Part shown: in pieces, positions 1 through 12,091 of the stretch
Layout: each line of letters opens with the position of its first letter
Numbering within the stretch: position 1 is the first letter of the stretch
NCBI GenBank assembly: GCA_032718475.1
Contig: JAUCBJ010003793.1
Coordinates: 1 to 39,149 of the forward strand
Reading direction: 5' to 3'
DNA: 39,149 nt
DNA from: Nemertoderma westbladi
Taxonomy: Eukaryota; Animalia; Xenacoelomorpha
Notes under the pieces: model-generated
The model's database searches: none
The model's input: the letters and a program-made list of their open reading frames with translations, nothing else
What the model was told of the DNA's origin: nothing
Program-made: the position numbers and the translations under genes

Positions 1-3000
1 TAGTAACAGGAGTGGTCACTGGCGTCTAGGTTAGTAACAGGAGTAGTCACTGGCGTCTAGGTTAGTAACAGGTGTGGTCACTGGCGTCTAGATTAGTAAC
101 AGGCGTGGTCACTGGCGTCTAGGTTAGTAACAGGAGTGGTCACTGGCGTCTAGGTTAGTAACAGGAGTGGTCACTGGCGTCTAGGTTAGTAACAGGAGTG
201 GTCACTGGCGTCTAGGTTAGTAACAGGAGTGGTCACTGGCGTCTAAGTTAGTAACAGGAGTAGTCACTGGCGTCTAGGTTAGTAACAGGAGTAGTCACTG
301 TCGTCTAGGTTAGTAACAGTTCTGGTCACTGGCGTCTAGATTAGTAACAGGAGTGGTCCCTAGGTTAGTAACAGGAGTGGTCACTGGCGTCTAGGTTAGT
401 AACAGGAGTGGTCACTGGCGTCTAGGTTAGTAACAGGAGTGGTCACTGGCGTCTAGGTTAGTAACAGGCGTGGTCACTGGCGTCTAGGTTAGTAACAGGT
501 CTGGTCACTGGCGTCTAGGTTAGTAACAGGAGTGGTCACTGGCGTCTAGGTTAGTAACAGGTCTGGTCACTGGCGTCTAGGTTAGTAACAGGAGTGGTCA
601 CTGGCGTCTAGGTTAGTAACAGGAGTGGTCACTGGCGTCTAGGTTAGTAACAGGAGTGGTCACTGGCGTCTAGGTTAGTAACAGGAGTGGTCACTGGCGT
701 CTAGGTTAGTAACAGGAGTGGTCACTGGCGTCTAGGTTAGTAACAGGTCTGGTCACTGGCGTCTAGGTTAGTAACAGGAGTGGTCCTGCGTCTAGGTTAG
801 TAACAGGAGTGGTCACTGGCGTCTAGGTTAGTAACAGGAGTGGTCACTGGCGTCTAGGTTAGTAACAGGAATGGTCACTGGCGTCTAGGTTAGTAACAGG
901 CGTGGTCACTGGCGTCTAGGTTAGTAACAGGTCTGGTCACTGGCGTCTAGGTTAGTAACAGGAGTGGTCACTGGCGTCTAGGTTAGTAACAGGTCTGGTC
1001 ACTGGCGTCTAGGTTAGTAACAGGAGTGGTCACTGGCGTCTAGGTTAGTAACAGGAGTGGTCACTGGCGTCTAGGTTAGTAACAGGAGTGGTCACTGGCG
1101 TCTAGGTTAGTAACAGGAGTGGTCACTGGCGTCTAGGTTAGTAACAGGTGTGGTCACTGGCGTCTAGGTTAGTAACAGGTCTGGTCACTGGCGTCTAGGT
1201 TAGTAACAGGAGTGGTCACTGGCGTCTAGGTTAGTAACAGGAGTGGTCACTGGCGTCTAGGTTAGTAACAGGAGTGGTCACTGGCGTCTAGGTTAGTAAC
1301 AGGAGTGGTCACTGGCGTCTAGGTTAGTAACAGGAGTGGTCACTGGCGTCTAGGTTAGTAACAGGTCTGGTCACTGGCGTCTAGGTTAGTAACAGGAGTG
1401 GTCACTGGCGTCTAGGTTAGTAACAGGAGTGGTCACTGGCGTCTAGGTTAGTAACAGGAGTAGTCACTGGCGTCTAGGTTAGTAACAGGAGTGGTCACTG
1501 GCGTCTAGGTTAGTAACAGGTCTGGTCACTGGCGTCTAGGTTAGTAACAGGAGTGGTCACTGGCGTCTAGGTTAGTAACAGGAGTGGTCACTGGCGTCTA
1601 GGTTAGTAACAGGAGTGGTCACTGGCGTCTAGGTTAGTAACAGGAGTGGTCACTGGCGTCTAGGTTAGTAACAGGAGTGGTCACTGGCGTCTAGGTTAGT
1701 AACAGGTCTGGTCACTGGCGTCTAGGTTAGTAACAGGAGTGGTCACTGGCGTCTAGGTTAGTAACAGGAGTGGTCACTGGCGTCTAGGTTAGTAACAGGA
1801 GTGGTCACTGGCGTCTAGGTTAGTAACAGGCGTGGTCACTGGCGTCTAGGTTAGTAACAGGAGTGGTCACTGGCGTCTAGGTTAGTAACAGGAGTGGTCA
1901 CTGGCGTCTAGGTTAGTAACAGGTCTGGTCACTGGCGTCTAGGTTAGTAACAGGAGTGGTCACTGGCGTCTAGGTTAGTAACAGGAGTGGTCACTGGCGT
2001 CTAGGTTAGTAACAGGTCTGGTCACTGGCGTCTAGGTTAGTAACAGGAGTGGTCACTGGCGTCTAGGTTAGTAACAGGTCTGGTCACTGGCGTCTAGGTT
2101 AGTAACAGGAGTGGTCACTGGCGTCTAGGTTAGTAACAGGTCTGGTCACTGGCGTCTAGGTTAGTAACAGGAGTGGTCACTGGCGTCTAGGTTAGTAACA
2201 GGAGTGGTCACTGGCGTCTAGGTTAGTAACAGGTCTGGTCACTGGCGTCTAGGTTAGTAACAGGAGTGGTCACTGGCGTCTAGGTTAGTAACAGGTCTGG
2301 TCACTGGCGTCTAGGTTAGTAACAGGAGTGGTCACTGGCGTCTAGGTTAGTAACAGGAGTGGTCACTGGCGTCTAGGTTAGTAACAGGCGTGGTCACTGG
2401 CGTCTAGGTTAGTAACAGGAGTGGTCACTGGCGTCTAGGTTAGTAACAGGTGTGGTCACTGGCGTCTAGGTTAGTAACAGGAGTGGTCACTGGCGTCTAG
2501 GTTAGTAACAGGTGTGGTCACTGGCGTCTAGGTTAGTAACAGGTCTGGTCACTGGCGTCTAGGTTAGTAACAGGAGTGGTCACTGGCGTCTAGGTTAGTA
2601 ACAGGAGTGGTCACTGGCGTCTAGGTTAGTAACAGGAGTGGTCACTGGCGTCTAGGTTAGTAACAGGCGTGGTCACTGGCGTCTAGGTTAGTAACAGGTC
2701 TGGTCACTGGCGTCTAGGTTAGTAACAGGAGTGGTCACTGGCGTCTAGGTTAGTAACAGGAGTGGTCACTGGCGTCTAGGTTAGTAACAGGAGTGGTCAC
2801 TGGCGTCTAGGTTAGTAACAGGAGTGGTCACTGGCGTCTAGGTTAGTAACAGGAGTGGTCACTGGCGTCTAGGTTAGTAACAGGAGTGGTCACTGGCGTC
2901 TAGGTTAGTAACAGGAGTGGTCACTGGCGTCTAGGTTAGTAACAGGAGTGGTCACTGGCGTCTAGGTTAGTAACAGGAGTGGTCACTGGCGTCTAGGTTA

Positions 3001-4920
3001 GTAACAGGAGTGGTCACTGGCGTCTAGGTTAGTAACAGGAGTGGTCACTGGCGTCTAGGTTAGTAACAGGAGTGGTCACTGGCGTCTAGGTTAGTAACAG
3101 GAGTGGTCACTGGCGTCTAGGTTAGTAACAGGAGTGGTCACTGGCGTCTAGGTTAGTAACAGGAGTGGTCACTGGCGTCTAGGTTAGTAACAGGAGTGGT
3201 CACTGGCGTCTAGGTTAGTAACAGGAGTGGTCACTGGCGTCTAGGTTAGTAACAGGAGTGGTCACTGGCGTCTAGGTTAGTAACAGGAGTGGTCACTGGC
3301 GTCTAGGTTAGTAACAGGAGTGGTCACTGGCGTCTAGGTTAGTAACAGGAGTGGTCACTGGCGTCTAGGTTAGTAACAGGAGTGGTCACTGGCGTCTAGG
3401 TTAGTAACAGGAGTGGTCACTGGCGTCTAGGTTAGTAACAGGAGTGGTCACTGGCGTCTAGGTTAGTAACAGGAGTGGTCACTGGCGTCTAGGTTAGTAA
3501 CAGGTCTGGTCACTGGCGTCTAGGTTAGTAACAGGAGTGGTCACTGGCGTCTAGGTTAGTAACAGGAGTGGTCACTGGCGTCTAGGTTAGTAACAGGAGT
3601 GGTCACTGGCGTCTAGGTTAGTAACAGGAGTGGTCACTGGCGTCTAGGTTAGTAACAGGAGTGGTCACTGGCGTCTAGGTTAGTAACAGGTGTGGTCACT
3701 GGCGTCTAGGTTAGTAACAGGAGTGGTCACTGGCGTCTAGGTTAGTAACAGGAGTGGTCACTGGCGTCTAGGTTAGTAACAGGAGTGGTCACTGGCGTCT
3801 AGGTTAGTAACAGGAGTGGTCACTGGCGTCTAGGTTAGTAACAGGAGTGGTCACTGGCGTCTAGGTTAGTAACAGGAGTGGTCACTGGCGTCTAGGTTAG
3901 TAACAGGAGTGGTCACTGGCGTCTAGGTTAGTAACAGGAGTGGTCACTGGCGTCTAGGTTAGTAACAGGAGTGGTCACTGGCGTCTAGGTTAGTAACAGG
4001 AGTGGTCACTGGCGTCTAGGTTAGTAACAGGAGTGGTCACTGGCGTCTAGGTTAGTAACAGGAGTGGTCACTGGCGTCTAGGTTAGTAACAGGAGTGGTC
4101 ACTGGCGTCTAGGTTAGTAACAGGAGTGGTCACTGGCGTCTAGGTTAGTAACAGGAGTGGTCACTGGCGTCTAGGTTAGTAACAGGAGTGGTCACTGGCG
4201 TCTAGGTTAGTAACAGGAGTGGTCACTGGCGTCTAGGTTAGTAACAGGAGTGGTCACTGGCGTCTAGGTTAGTAACAGGAGTGGTCACTGGCGTCTAGGT
4301 TAGTAACAGGAGTGGTCACTGGCGTCTAGGTTAGTAACAGGAGTGGTCACTGGCGTCTAGGTTAGTAACAGGAGTGGTCACTGGCGTCTAGGTTAGTAAC
4401 AGGAGTGGTCACTGGCGTCTAGGTTAGTAACAGGAGTGGTCACTGGCGTCTAGGTTAGTAACAGGAGTGGTCACTGGCGTCTAGGTTAGTAACAGGAGTG
4501 GTCACTGGCGTCTAGGTTAGTAACAGGAGTGGTCACTGGCGTCTAGGTTAGTAACAGGAGTGGTCACTGGCGTCTAGGTTAGTAACAGGAGTGGTCACTG
4601 GCGTCTAGGTTAGTAACAGGAGTGGTCACTGGCGTCTAGGTTAGTAACAGGAGTGGTCACTGGCGTCTAGGTTAGTAACAGGAGTGGTCACTGGCGTCTA
4701 GGTTAGTAACAGGAGTGGTCACTGGCGTCTAGGTTAGTAACAGGAGTGGTCACTGGCGTCTAGGTTAGTAACAGGAGTGGTCACTGGCGTCTAGGTTAGT
4801 AACAGGAGTGGTCACTGGCGTCTAGGTTAGTAACAGGAGTGGTCACTGGCGTCTAGGTTAGTAACAGGAGTGGTCACTGGCGTCTAGGTTAGTAACAGGA
4901 GTGGTCACTGGCGTCTAGGT
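1..4920 (+). repeat. 31-bp minisatellite (GAGTGGTCACTGGCGTCTAG|GTTAGTAACAG), about 158 copies in window, runs off the left edge
   Basis: Period 31 read directly (TAGTAAC at 1, 32, ...). Variants GAG/GTC/GCG/GTG occur at one site, mostly before ~2700, and the right part is nearly homogeneous. Short deletions near 358 and 786. Confidence 0.98.
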
Positions 4921-5079
4921 ATTCTTGGTTCCATTTCATCAATGATTGACCGATTTATTAGCGCTCAATTATTTCCAATTACTGCGACTACAGACGGTCC
5001 ACTAATTATCCTGCTACGCAAAGGCTCACCTAGACTCTGTGGCTCGCCCCACAATACTCTCATTATTTATATTTGGTAG

Positions 5080-5225
5080 ACACGGCAAGCTAACCTCCGA
5101 CTCCAGCCCTGGGCCCTGTTATTTGCTTCCCAACAAGTACACAAGGAGGGGAAACGATGGCACCCCGGCGTACTCATTGTATCCGCGCCCTAAGGATAGC
5201 GACCGGTTCCAGACCCCCGGCCCTG
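5080..5225 (+). CDS. ODF3: ODF3/CIMAP1 (SHIPPO-1 family) internal exon: (R)HGKLTSDSSPGPCYLLPNKYTRRGNDGTPAYSLYPRPKDSDRFQTPGP(G)
   Basis: Acceptor ttggtAG at 5078-79, donor GTGAGT at 5226, 146 nt, phase 2 to phase 1. SPGPxY...G.DG.PAYS...TPGPG matches the ODF3/SHIPPO repeat pattern. Confidence 0.92.
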
Positions 5226-5885
5226 GTGAGTATCACGTTCCAGAATATCGTTTATTTATAATCAAATATAATAAAATAGCAAATACAACAAGACCATGCA
5301 ACTTTCGAAATTGAGTTTGTGTTTAATATTTGGAATCCAGCTTTCCATCAGTACCAACAAATCACTGTAATGGTTTAAGAATAACTGCGATGTAGTTTCT
5401 TATAATAATTATGTATATTTCTCTATATACCACATCATAATAGTCAACAATATATCCTCCAATCTATAGTTGACAGAATTCTTAACTTTATACTTTAATA
5501 TTTGCAATTAATTTCCCACATTAAAGTGAATCAAACCTATAAAAATATAAAAATTTTGTTTTTAAAAATTTATTATAAAAAGATCAATAAAGTTTAGTTT
5601 AGGATTCGTAAATTGTAGGAATATTATTGTGATAATTAACATTTAATTTATTTAAAATCCAGTGTTTTTATGGAATATAATACCCACAACCCCTATTTGT
5701 CATGTGATTTATTGTTTTACAACATATTAAATTATTTTGCAAAATATAAATAACATATTTACAGTTTTCCAATTCATTAAAAAAAGTGCCAGTATAATGA
5801 AATACACCTAATTTTAATTTGGGATTATCATTTCAAGTTGTTTCCTAAAATGTAAGTTACTGTAAATTATTGTACTTTATTTTAG

Positions 5886-5987
5886 GTCAATATAGTAATG
5901 AGAAGGTTGGGACAGCTGTTTACAGACGTCCGGCTGCCTACAGCATGGGTGGCAGAACTAAGGGATTCCAGTTCGATAACTCACCGG
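5886..5987 (+). CDS. ODF3: ODF3 internal exon: (G)QYSNEKVGTAVYRRPAAYSMGGRTKGFQFDNSP(G)
   Basis: Acceptor ttattttAG at 5884-85, donor GTAAGT at 5988, 102 nt, phase 1 to phase 1. Not in the ORF track; translated by hand. Matches the ODF3 segment Y.PEK...AP..S...RTK.F..D.TPG. Confidence 0.92.
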
Positions 5988-6345
5988 GTAAGTAGCCTAA
6001 ATTATTACCCAGTTATTACATAAATATCAAGTACCGGCATTATATATTATAAGGTTGAAAATTAAATAAATTAAACTTAATGCAGACAGGGTTGTTGGGG
6101 GGGGGGGGGGGGGGGGGGCTCTCCAGGTGAAAATCAACGTAAATAACAATTAATAACGTTCAAATTTGAAACTATATAGTTTCAATTTTGACCTGTGTGC
6201 AATTGATTCGCACTTATTGTTTTGGTTTGAATAATGTCACAGTAACATACTGGTTTCCCATTATCCCTCCCACATTATCAACTTTAACAGATAAATGTAA
6301 AAGAAGCAAGAATATTAACCATTCTGTGGATAGAAAAACTCAGCG

Positions 6346-9300
6346 AAAGAACATGAATTACGGCCTCCATTCCACATAAAGAACATGAATTAAGGCCTCC
6401 ATTCCACATAAAGAACATGAATTAAGGCCTCCATTCCACATAAAGAACATGAATTAAGGCCTCCATTCTACATAAAGAACATGAATTAAGGCCTCCATTC
6501 CACATAAAGAACATGAATTAAGGCCTCCATTCCACATAAAGAACATGAATTAAGGCCTCCATTCCACATAAAGAACATGAATTAAGGCCTCCATTCCACA
6601 TAAAGAACATGAATTAAGGCCTCCATTCCACATAAAGAACATGAATTAAGGCCTCCATTCCACATAAAGAACATGAATTAAGGCCTCCATTCCACATAAA
6701 GAACATGAATTAAGGCCTCCATTCTACATAAAGAACATGACTTAAGGCCTCCATTCCACATAAAGAACATGAATTAAGGCCTCCATTCCACATAAAGAAC
6801 ATGAATTAAGGCCTCCATTCCACATAAAGAACATGAATTAAGGCCTCCATTCCACATAAAGAACATGAATTAAGGCCTCCATTCCACATAAAGAACATGA
6901 ATTAAGGCCTCCATTCCACATAAAGAACATGAATTAAGGCCTCCATTCCACATAAAGAACATGAATTAAGGCCTCCATTCCACATAAAGAACATGAATTA
7001 AGGCCTCCATTCCACATAAAGAACATGAATTAAGGCCTCCATTCCACATAAAGAACATGAATTAAGGCCTCCATTCCACATAAAGAACATGAATTAAGGC
7101 CTCCATTCCACATAAAGAACATGAATTAAGGCCTCCATTCCACATAAAGAACATGAATTAAGGCCTCCATTCCACATAAAGAACATGAATTAAGGCCTCC
7201 ATTCCACATAAAGAACATGAATTAAGGCCTCCATTCCACATAAAGAACATGAATTAAGGCCTCCATTCCACATAAAGAACATGAATTAAGGCATTCATTC
7301 CACATAAAGAACATGAATTAAGGCCTCCATTCCACATAAAGAACATGAATTAAGGCCTCCATTCCACATAAAGAACATGAATTAAGGCATCCATTCCACA
7401 TAAAGAACATGAATTAAGGCCTCCATTCCACATAAAGAACATGAATTAAGGCATCCATTCCACATAAAGAACATGACTTAAGGCCTCCATTCCACATAAA
7501 GAACATGAATTAAGGCCTCCATTCCACATAAAGAACATGAATTAAGGCCTCCATTCCACATAAAGAACATGAATTAAGGCCTCCATTCCACATAAAGAAC
7601 ATGAATTAAGGCCTCCATTCCACATAAAGAACATGAATTAAGGCCTCCATTCCACATAAAGAACATGAATTAAGGCCTCCATTCCACATAAAGAACATGA
7701 ATTAAGGCCTCCATTCCACATAAAGAACATGAATTAAGGCCTCCATTCCACATAAAGAACATGAATTAAGGCCTCCATTCCACATAAAGAACATGAATTA
7801 AGGCCTCCATTCCACATAAAGAACATGAATTAAGGCCTCCATTCCACATAAAGAACATGAATTAAGGCCTCCATTCCACATAAATTAAGGCCTCCATTCC
7901 ACATAAAGAACATGAATTAAGGCCTCCATTCCACATAAAGAACATGAATTAAGGCCTCCATTCCACATAAAGAACATGAATTAAGGCCTCCATTCCACAT
8001 AAAGAACATGAATTAAGGCCTCCATTCCACATAAAGAACATGAATTAAGGCCTCCATTCCACATAAAGAACATGAATTAAGGCCTCCATTCCACATAAAG
8101 AACATGAATTAAGGCCTCCATTCCACATAAAGAACATGAATTAAGGCCTCCATTCCACATAAAGAACATGAATTAAGGCCTCCATTCCACATAAAGAACA
8201 TGAATTAAGGCCTCCATTCCACATAAAGAACATGACTTAAGGCCTCCATTCCACATAAAGAACATGAATTAAGGCCTCCATTCCACATAAAGAACATGAA
8301 TTAAGGCCTCCATTCCACATAAAGAACATGAATTAAGGCCTCCATTCCACATAAAGAACATGAATTAAGGCCTCCATTCCACATAAAGAACATGACCTAA
8401 GGCCTCCATTCCACATAAAGAACATGAATTAAGGCCTCCATTCCACATAAAGAACATGAATTAAGGCCTCCATTCCACATAAAGAACATGAATTAAGGCC
8501 TCCATTCCACATAAATTAAGGCCTCCATTCCACATAAAGAACATGAATTAAGGCCTCCATTCCACATAAAGAACATGAATTAAGGCCTCCATTCCACATA
8601 AAGAACAGAATTAAGGCCTCCATTCCACATAAAGAACATGAATTAAGGCCTCCATTCCACATAAAGAACATGAATTAAGGCCTCCATTCCACATAAAGAA
8701 CATGAATTAAGGCCTCCATTCCACATAAAGAACATGAATTAAGGCCTCCATTCCACATAAAGAACATGAATTAAGGCCTCCATTCCACATAAAGAACATG
8801 AATTAAGGCCTCCATTCCACATAAAGAACATGAATTAAGGCCTCCATTCCACATAAAGAACATGAATTAAGGCCTCCATTCCACATAAAGAACATGAATT
8901 AAGGCCTCCATTCCACATAAAGAACATGAATTAAGGCCTCCATTCCACATAAAGAACATGAATTAAGGCCTCCATTCCACATAAAGAACATGAATTAAGG
9001 CCTCCATTCCACATAAAGAACATGAATTAAGGCCTCCATTCCACATAAAGAACATGAATTAAGGCCTCCATTCCACATAAAGAACATGACTTAAGGCCTC
9101 CATTCCACATAAAGAACATGAATTAAGGCCTCCATTCCACATAAAGAACATGAATTAAGGCCTCCATTCCACATAAAGAACATGAATTAAGGCCTCCATT
9201 CCACATAAAGAACATGATTAAGGCCTCCATTCCACATAAAGAACATGAATTAAGGCCTCCATTCCACATAAAGAACATGAATTAAGGCCTCCATTCCACA

Positions 9301-11401
9301 TAAAGAACATGAATTAAGGCCTCCATTCCACATAAAGAACAGAATTAAGGCCTCCATTCCACATAAAGAACATGAATTAAGGCCTCCATTCCACATAAAG
9401 AACATGAATTAAGGCCTCCATTCCACATAAAGAACACGAATTAAGGCCTCCATTCCACATAAAGAACATGAATTAAGGCCTCCATTCCACATAAAGAACA
9501 TGAATTAAGGCCTCCATTCCACATAAAGAACACGAATTAAGGCCTCCATTCCACATAAAGAACATGAATTAAGGCCTCCATTCCACATAAATTAAGGCCT
9601 CCATTCCACATAAAGAACATGAATTAAGGCCTCCATTCCACATAAAGAACATGAATTAAGGCCTCCATTCCACATAAAGAACACGAATTAAGGCCTCCAT
9701 TCCACATAAAGAACATGAATTAAGGCCTCCATTCCACATAAAGAACATGAATTAAGGCCTCCATTCCACATAAAGAACATGAATTAAGGCCTCCATTCCA
9801 CATAAAGAACATGAATTAAGGCCTCCATTCCACATAAAGAACATGAATTAAGGCCTCCATTCCACATAAAGAACATGAATTAAGGCCTCCATTCCACATA
9901 AAGAACATGAATTAAGGCCTCCATTCCACATAAAGAACATGACTTAAGGCCTCCATTCCACATAAAGAACATGAATTAAGGCCTCCATTCCACATAAAGA
10001 ACATGAATTAAGGCCTCCATTCCACATAAAGAACATGATTAAGGCCTCCATTCCACATAAAGAACATGAATTAAGGCCTCCATTCCACATAAAGAACATG
10101 AATTAAGGCCTCCATTCCACATAAAGAACATGAATTAAGGCCTCCATTCCACATAAAGAACATGAATTAAGGCCTCCATTCCACATAAAGAACATGAATT
10201 AAGGCCTCCATTCCACATAAAGAACATGAATTAAGGCCTCCATTCCACATAAAGAACATGAATTAAGGCCTCCATTCCACATAAAGAACATGATTAAGGC
10301 CTCCATTCCACATAAAGAACACGAATTAAGGCCTCCATTCCACATAAAGAACATGAATTAAGGCCTCCATTCCACATAAAGAACATGAATTAAGGCCTCC
10401 ATTCCACATAAAGAACATGAATTAAGGCCTCCATTCCACATAAAGAACATGAATTAAGGCCTCCATTCCACATAAAGAACATGAATTAAGGCCTCCATTC
10501 CACATAAAGAACATGAATTAAGGCCTCCATTCCACATAAAGAACATGACTAAGGCCTCCATTCCACATAAAGAACATGAATTAAGGCCTCCATTCCACAT
10601 AAAGAACATGAATTAAGGCCTCCATTCCACATAAAGAACATGAATTAAGGCCTCCATTCCACATAAAGAACATGAATTAAGGCATTCATTCCACATAAAG
10701 AACATGACCTAAGGCCTCCATTCCACATAAAGAACATGAATTAAGGCCTCCATTCCACATAAAGAACATGAATTAAGGCATCCATTCCACATAAAGAACA
10801 TGACTTAAGGCCTCCATTCCACATAAAGAACATGAATTAAGGCCTCCATTCCACATAAAGAACATGAATTAAGGCCTCCATTCCACATAAAGAACATGAA
10901 TTAAGGCCTCCATTCCACATAAAGAACATGAATTAAGGCCTCCATTCCACATAAAGAACATGAATTAAGGCATTCATTCCACATAAAGAACATGACTTAA
11001 GGCCTCCATTCCACATAAAGAACACGAATTAAGGCCTCCATTCCACATAAAGAACATGAATTAAGGCCTCCATTCCACATAAAGAACATGAATTAAGGCC
11101 TCCATTCCACATAAAGAACATGAATTAAGGCCTCCATTCCACATAAAGAACATGAATTAAGGCCTCCATTCCACATAAAGAACATGAATTAAGGCCTCCA
11201 TTCCACATAAAGAACATGAATTAAGGCCTCCATTCCACATAAAGAACATGAATTAAGGCCTCCATTCCACATAAAGAACATGAATTAAGGCCTCCATTCC
11301 ACATAAAGAACATGACTTAAGGCCTCCATTCCACATAAAGAACACGAATTAAGGCCTCCATTCCACATAAAGAACATGAATTAAGGCCTACATTCCACAT
11401 A
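6346..11401. repeat. 32-bp intronic minisatellite (AAAGAACATGAATTAAGGCCTCCATTCCACAT), about 158 copies
   Basis: Period 32 (GGCCTCC at 6362, 6394, ...). Highly homogeneous, with recurring variants: a shortened unit lacking the GAACATG segment near 7881, 8511 and 9588, and GCATTC at 7291, 10682 and 10970. Confidence 0.98.
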
Positions 11402-11969
11402 CATCTATGGGTGAGGGTGTTGTGGTGTAGCCACATGGTTGCAATGCCATGTGGGGAATTAAATAACATTACCATAAATTTATTATCAATAATTGCTAGT
11501 TTCGCCATAAGGATGCTTTCCTAAATGATGACACCAGACGTTCTGCATGTAAATAATTGTGTGATCGGCATTATTAATGCAAGACAGATCCAAACAACTA
11601 CAGTAGACCATCTGCTGATGCATCTAACACCATCAATAACAAACCCCTTTCAACACAATCTAACCAATCTTCTGACCACTGAGCAGTTCTTTTTCATCAC
11701 TCACAAGTCAAACATTAGATCTCTTATCTTATAATGGGACTCAAACCTCTTCAAACACTACATTATTGAACAATATAAACAGCATTGACTGCAAGAAATT
11801 TTTACCCTCCGTAAAAAATTACACTTTTTGTACATCGTTATCTACCGACATAGTTACGTAATATTTCCATTTTCGAATAAAATTACTAAACACCACTGAA
11901 ACAGAGACTGTTGCATGTAAGGAAATATACTTTGTTTGCTTTATGTCCCGCATGCCTTGTTTATTTTAG

Positions 11970-12091
11970 GCCCTGCCGCATATGCATTGCCATCACAAAT
12001 TGGTAACCGTGTTGTCGATGCTTCTACAGCTCCGTCTTATACTCTCAGGAGCCGAAACAACCAAGGTAGCTTTGCTGAGGATCTCTCTAAG
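11970..12091 (+). CDS. ODF3: ODF3 internal exon: (G)PAAYALPSQIGNRVVDASTAPSYTLRSRNNQGSFAEDLSK
   Basis: Acceptor ttattttAG at 11968-69, donor AAG|GTTAGT at 12092, 122 nt, phase 1 to phase 0. Matches the ODF3 segment GPAAY.LP...G.....PS.S...R...G.F.EDL.K. Confidence 0.93.

Noticed and set aside
5039-5314. 91-aa ORF as a standalone gene
   Set aside because: Only 5080-5225 is coding (an ODF3 exon); the rest is intron read-through.
1-11401. 31-bp and 32-bp arrays as CRISPR arrays
   Set aside because: They are head-to-tail repeats with no unique spacers and no cas genes, in a spliced eukaryotic context.
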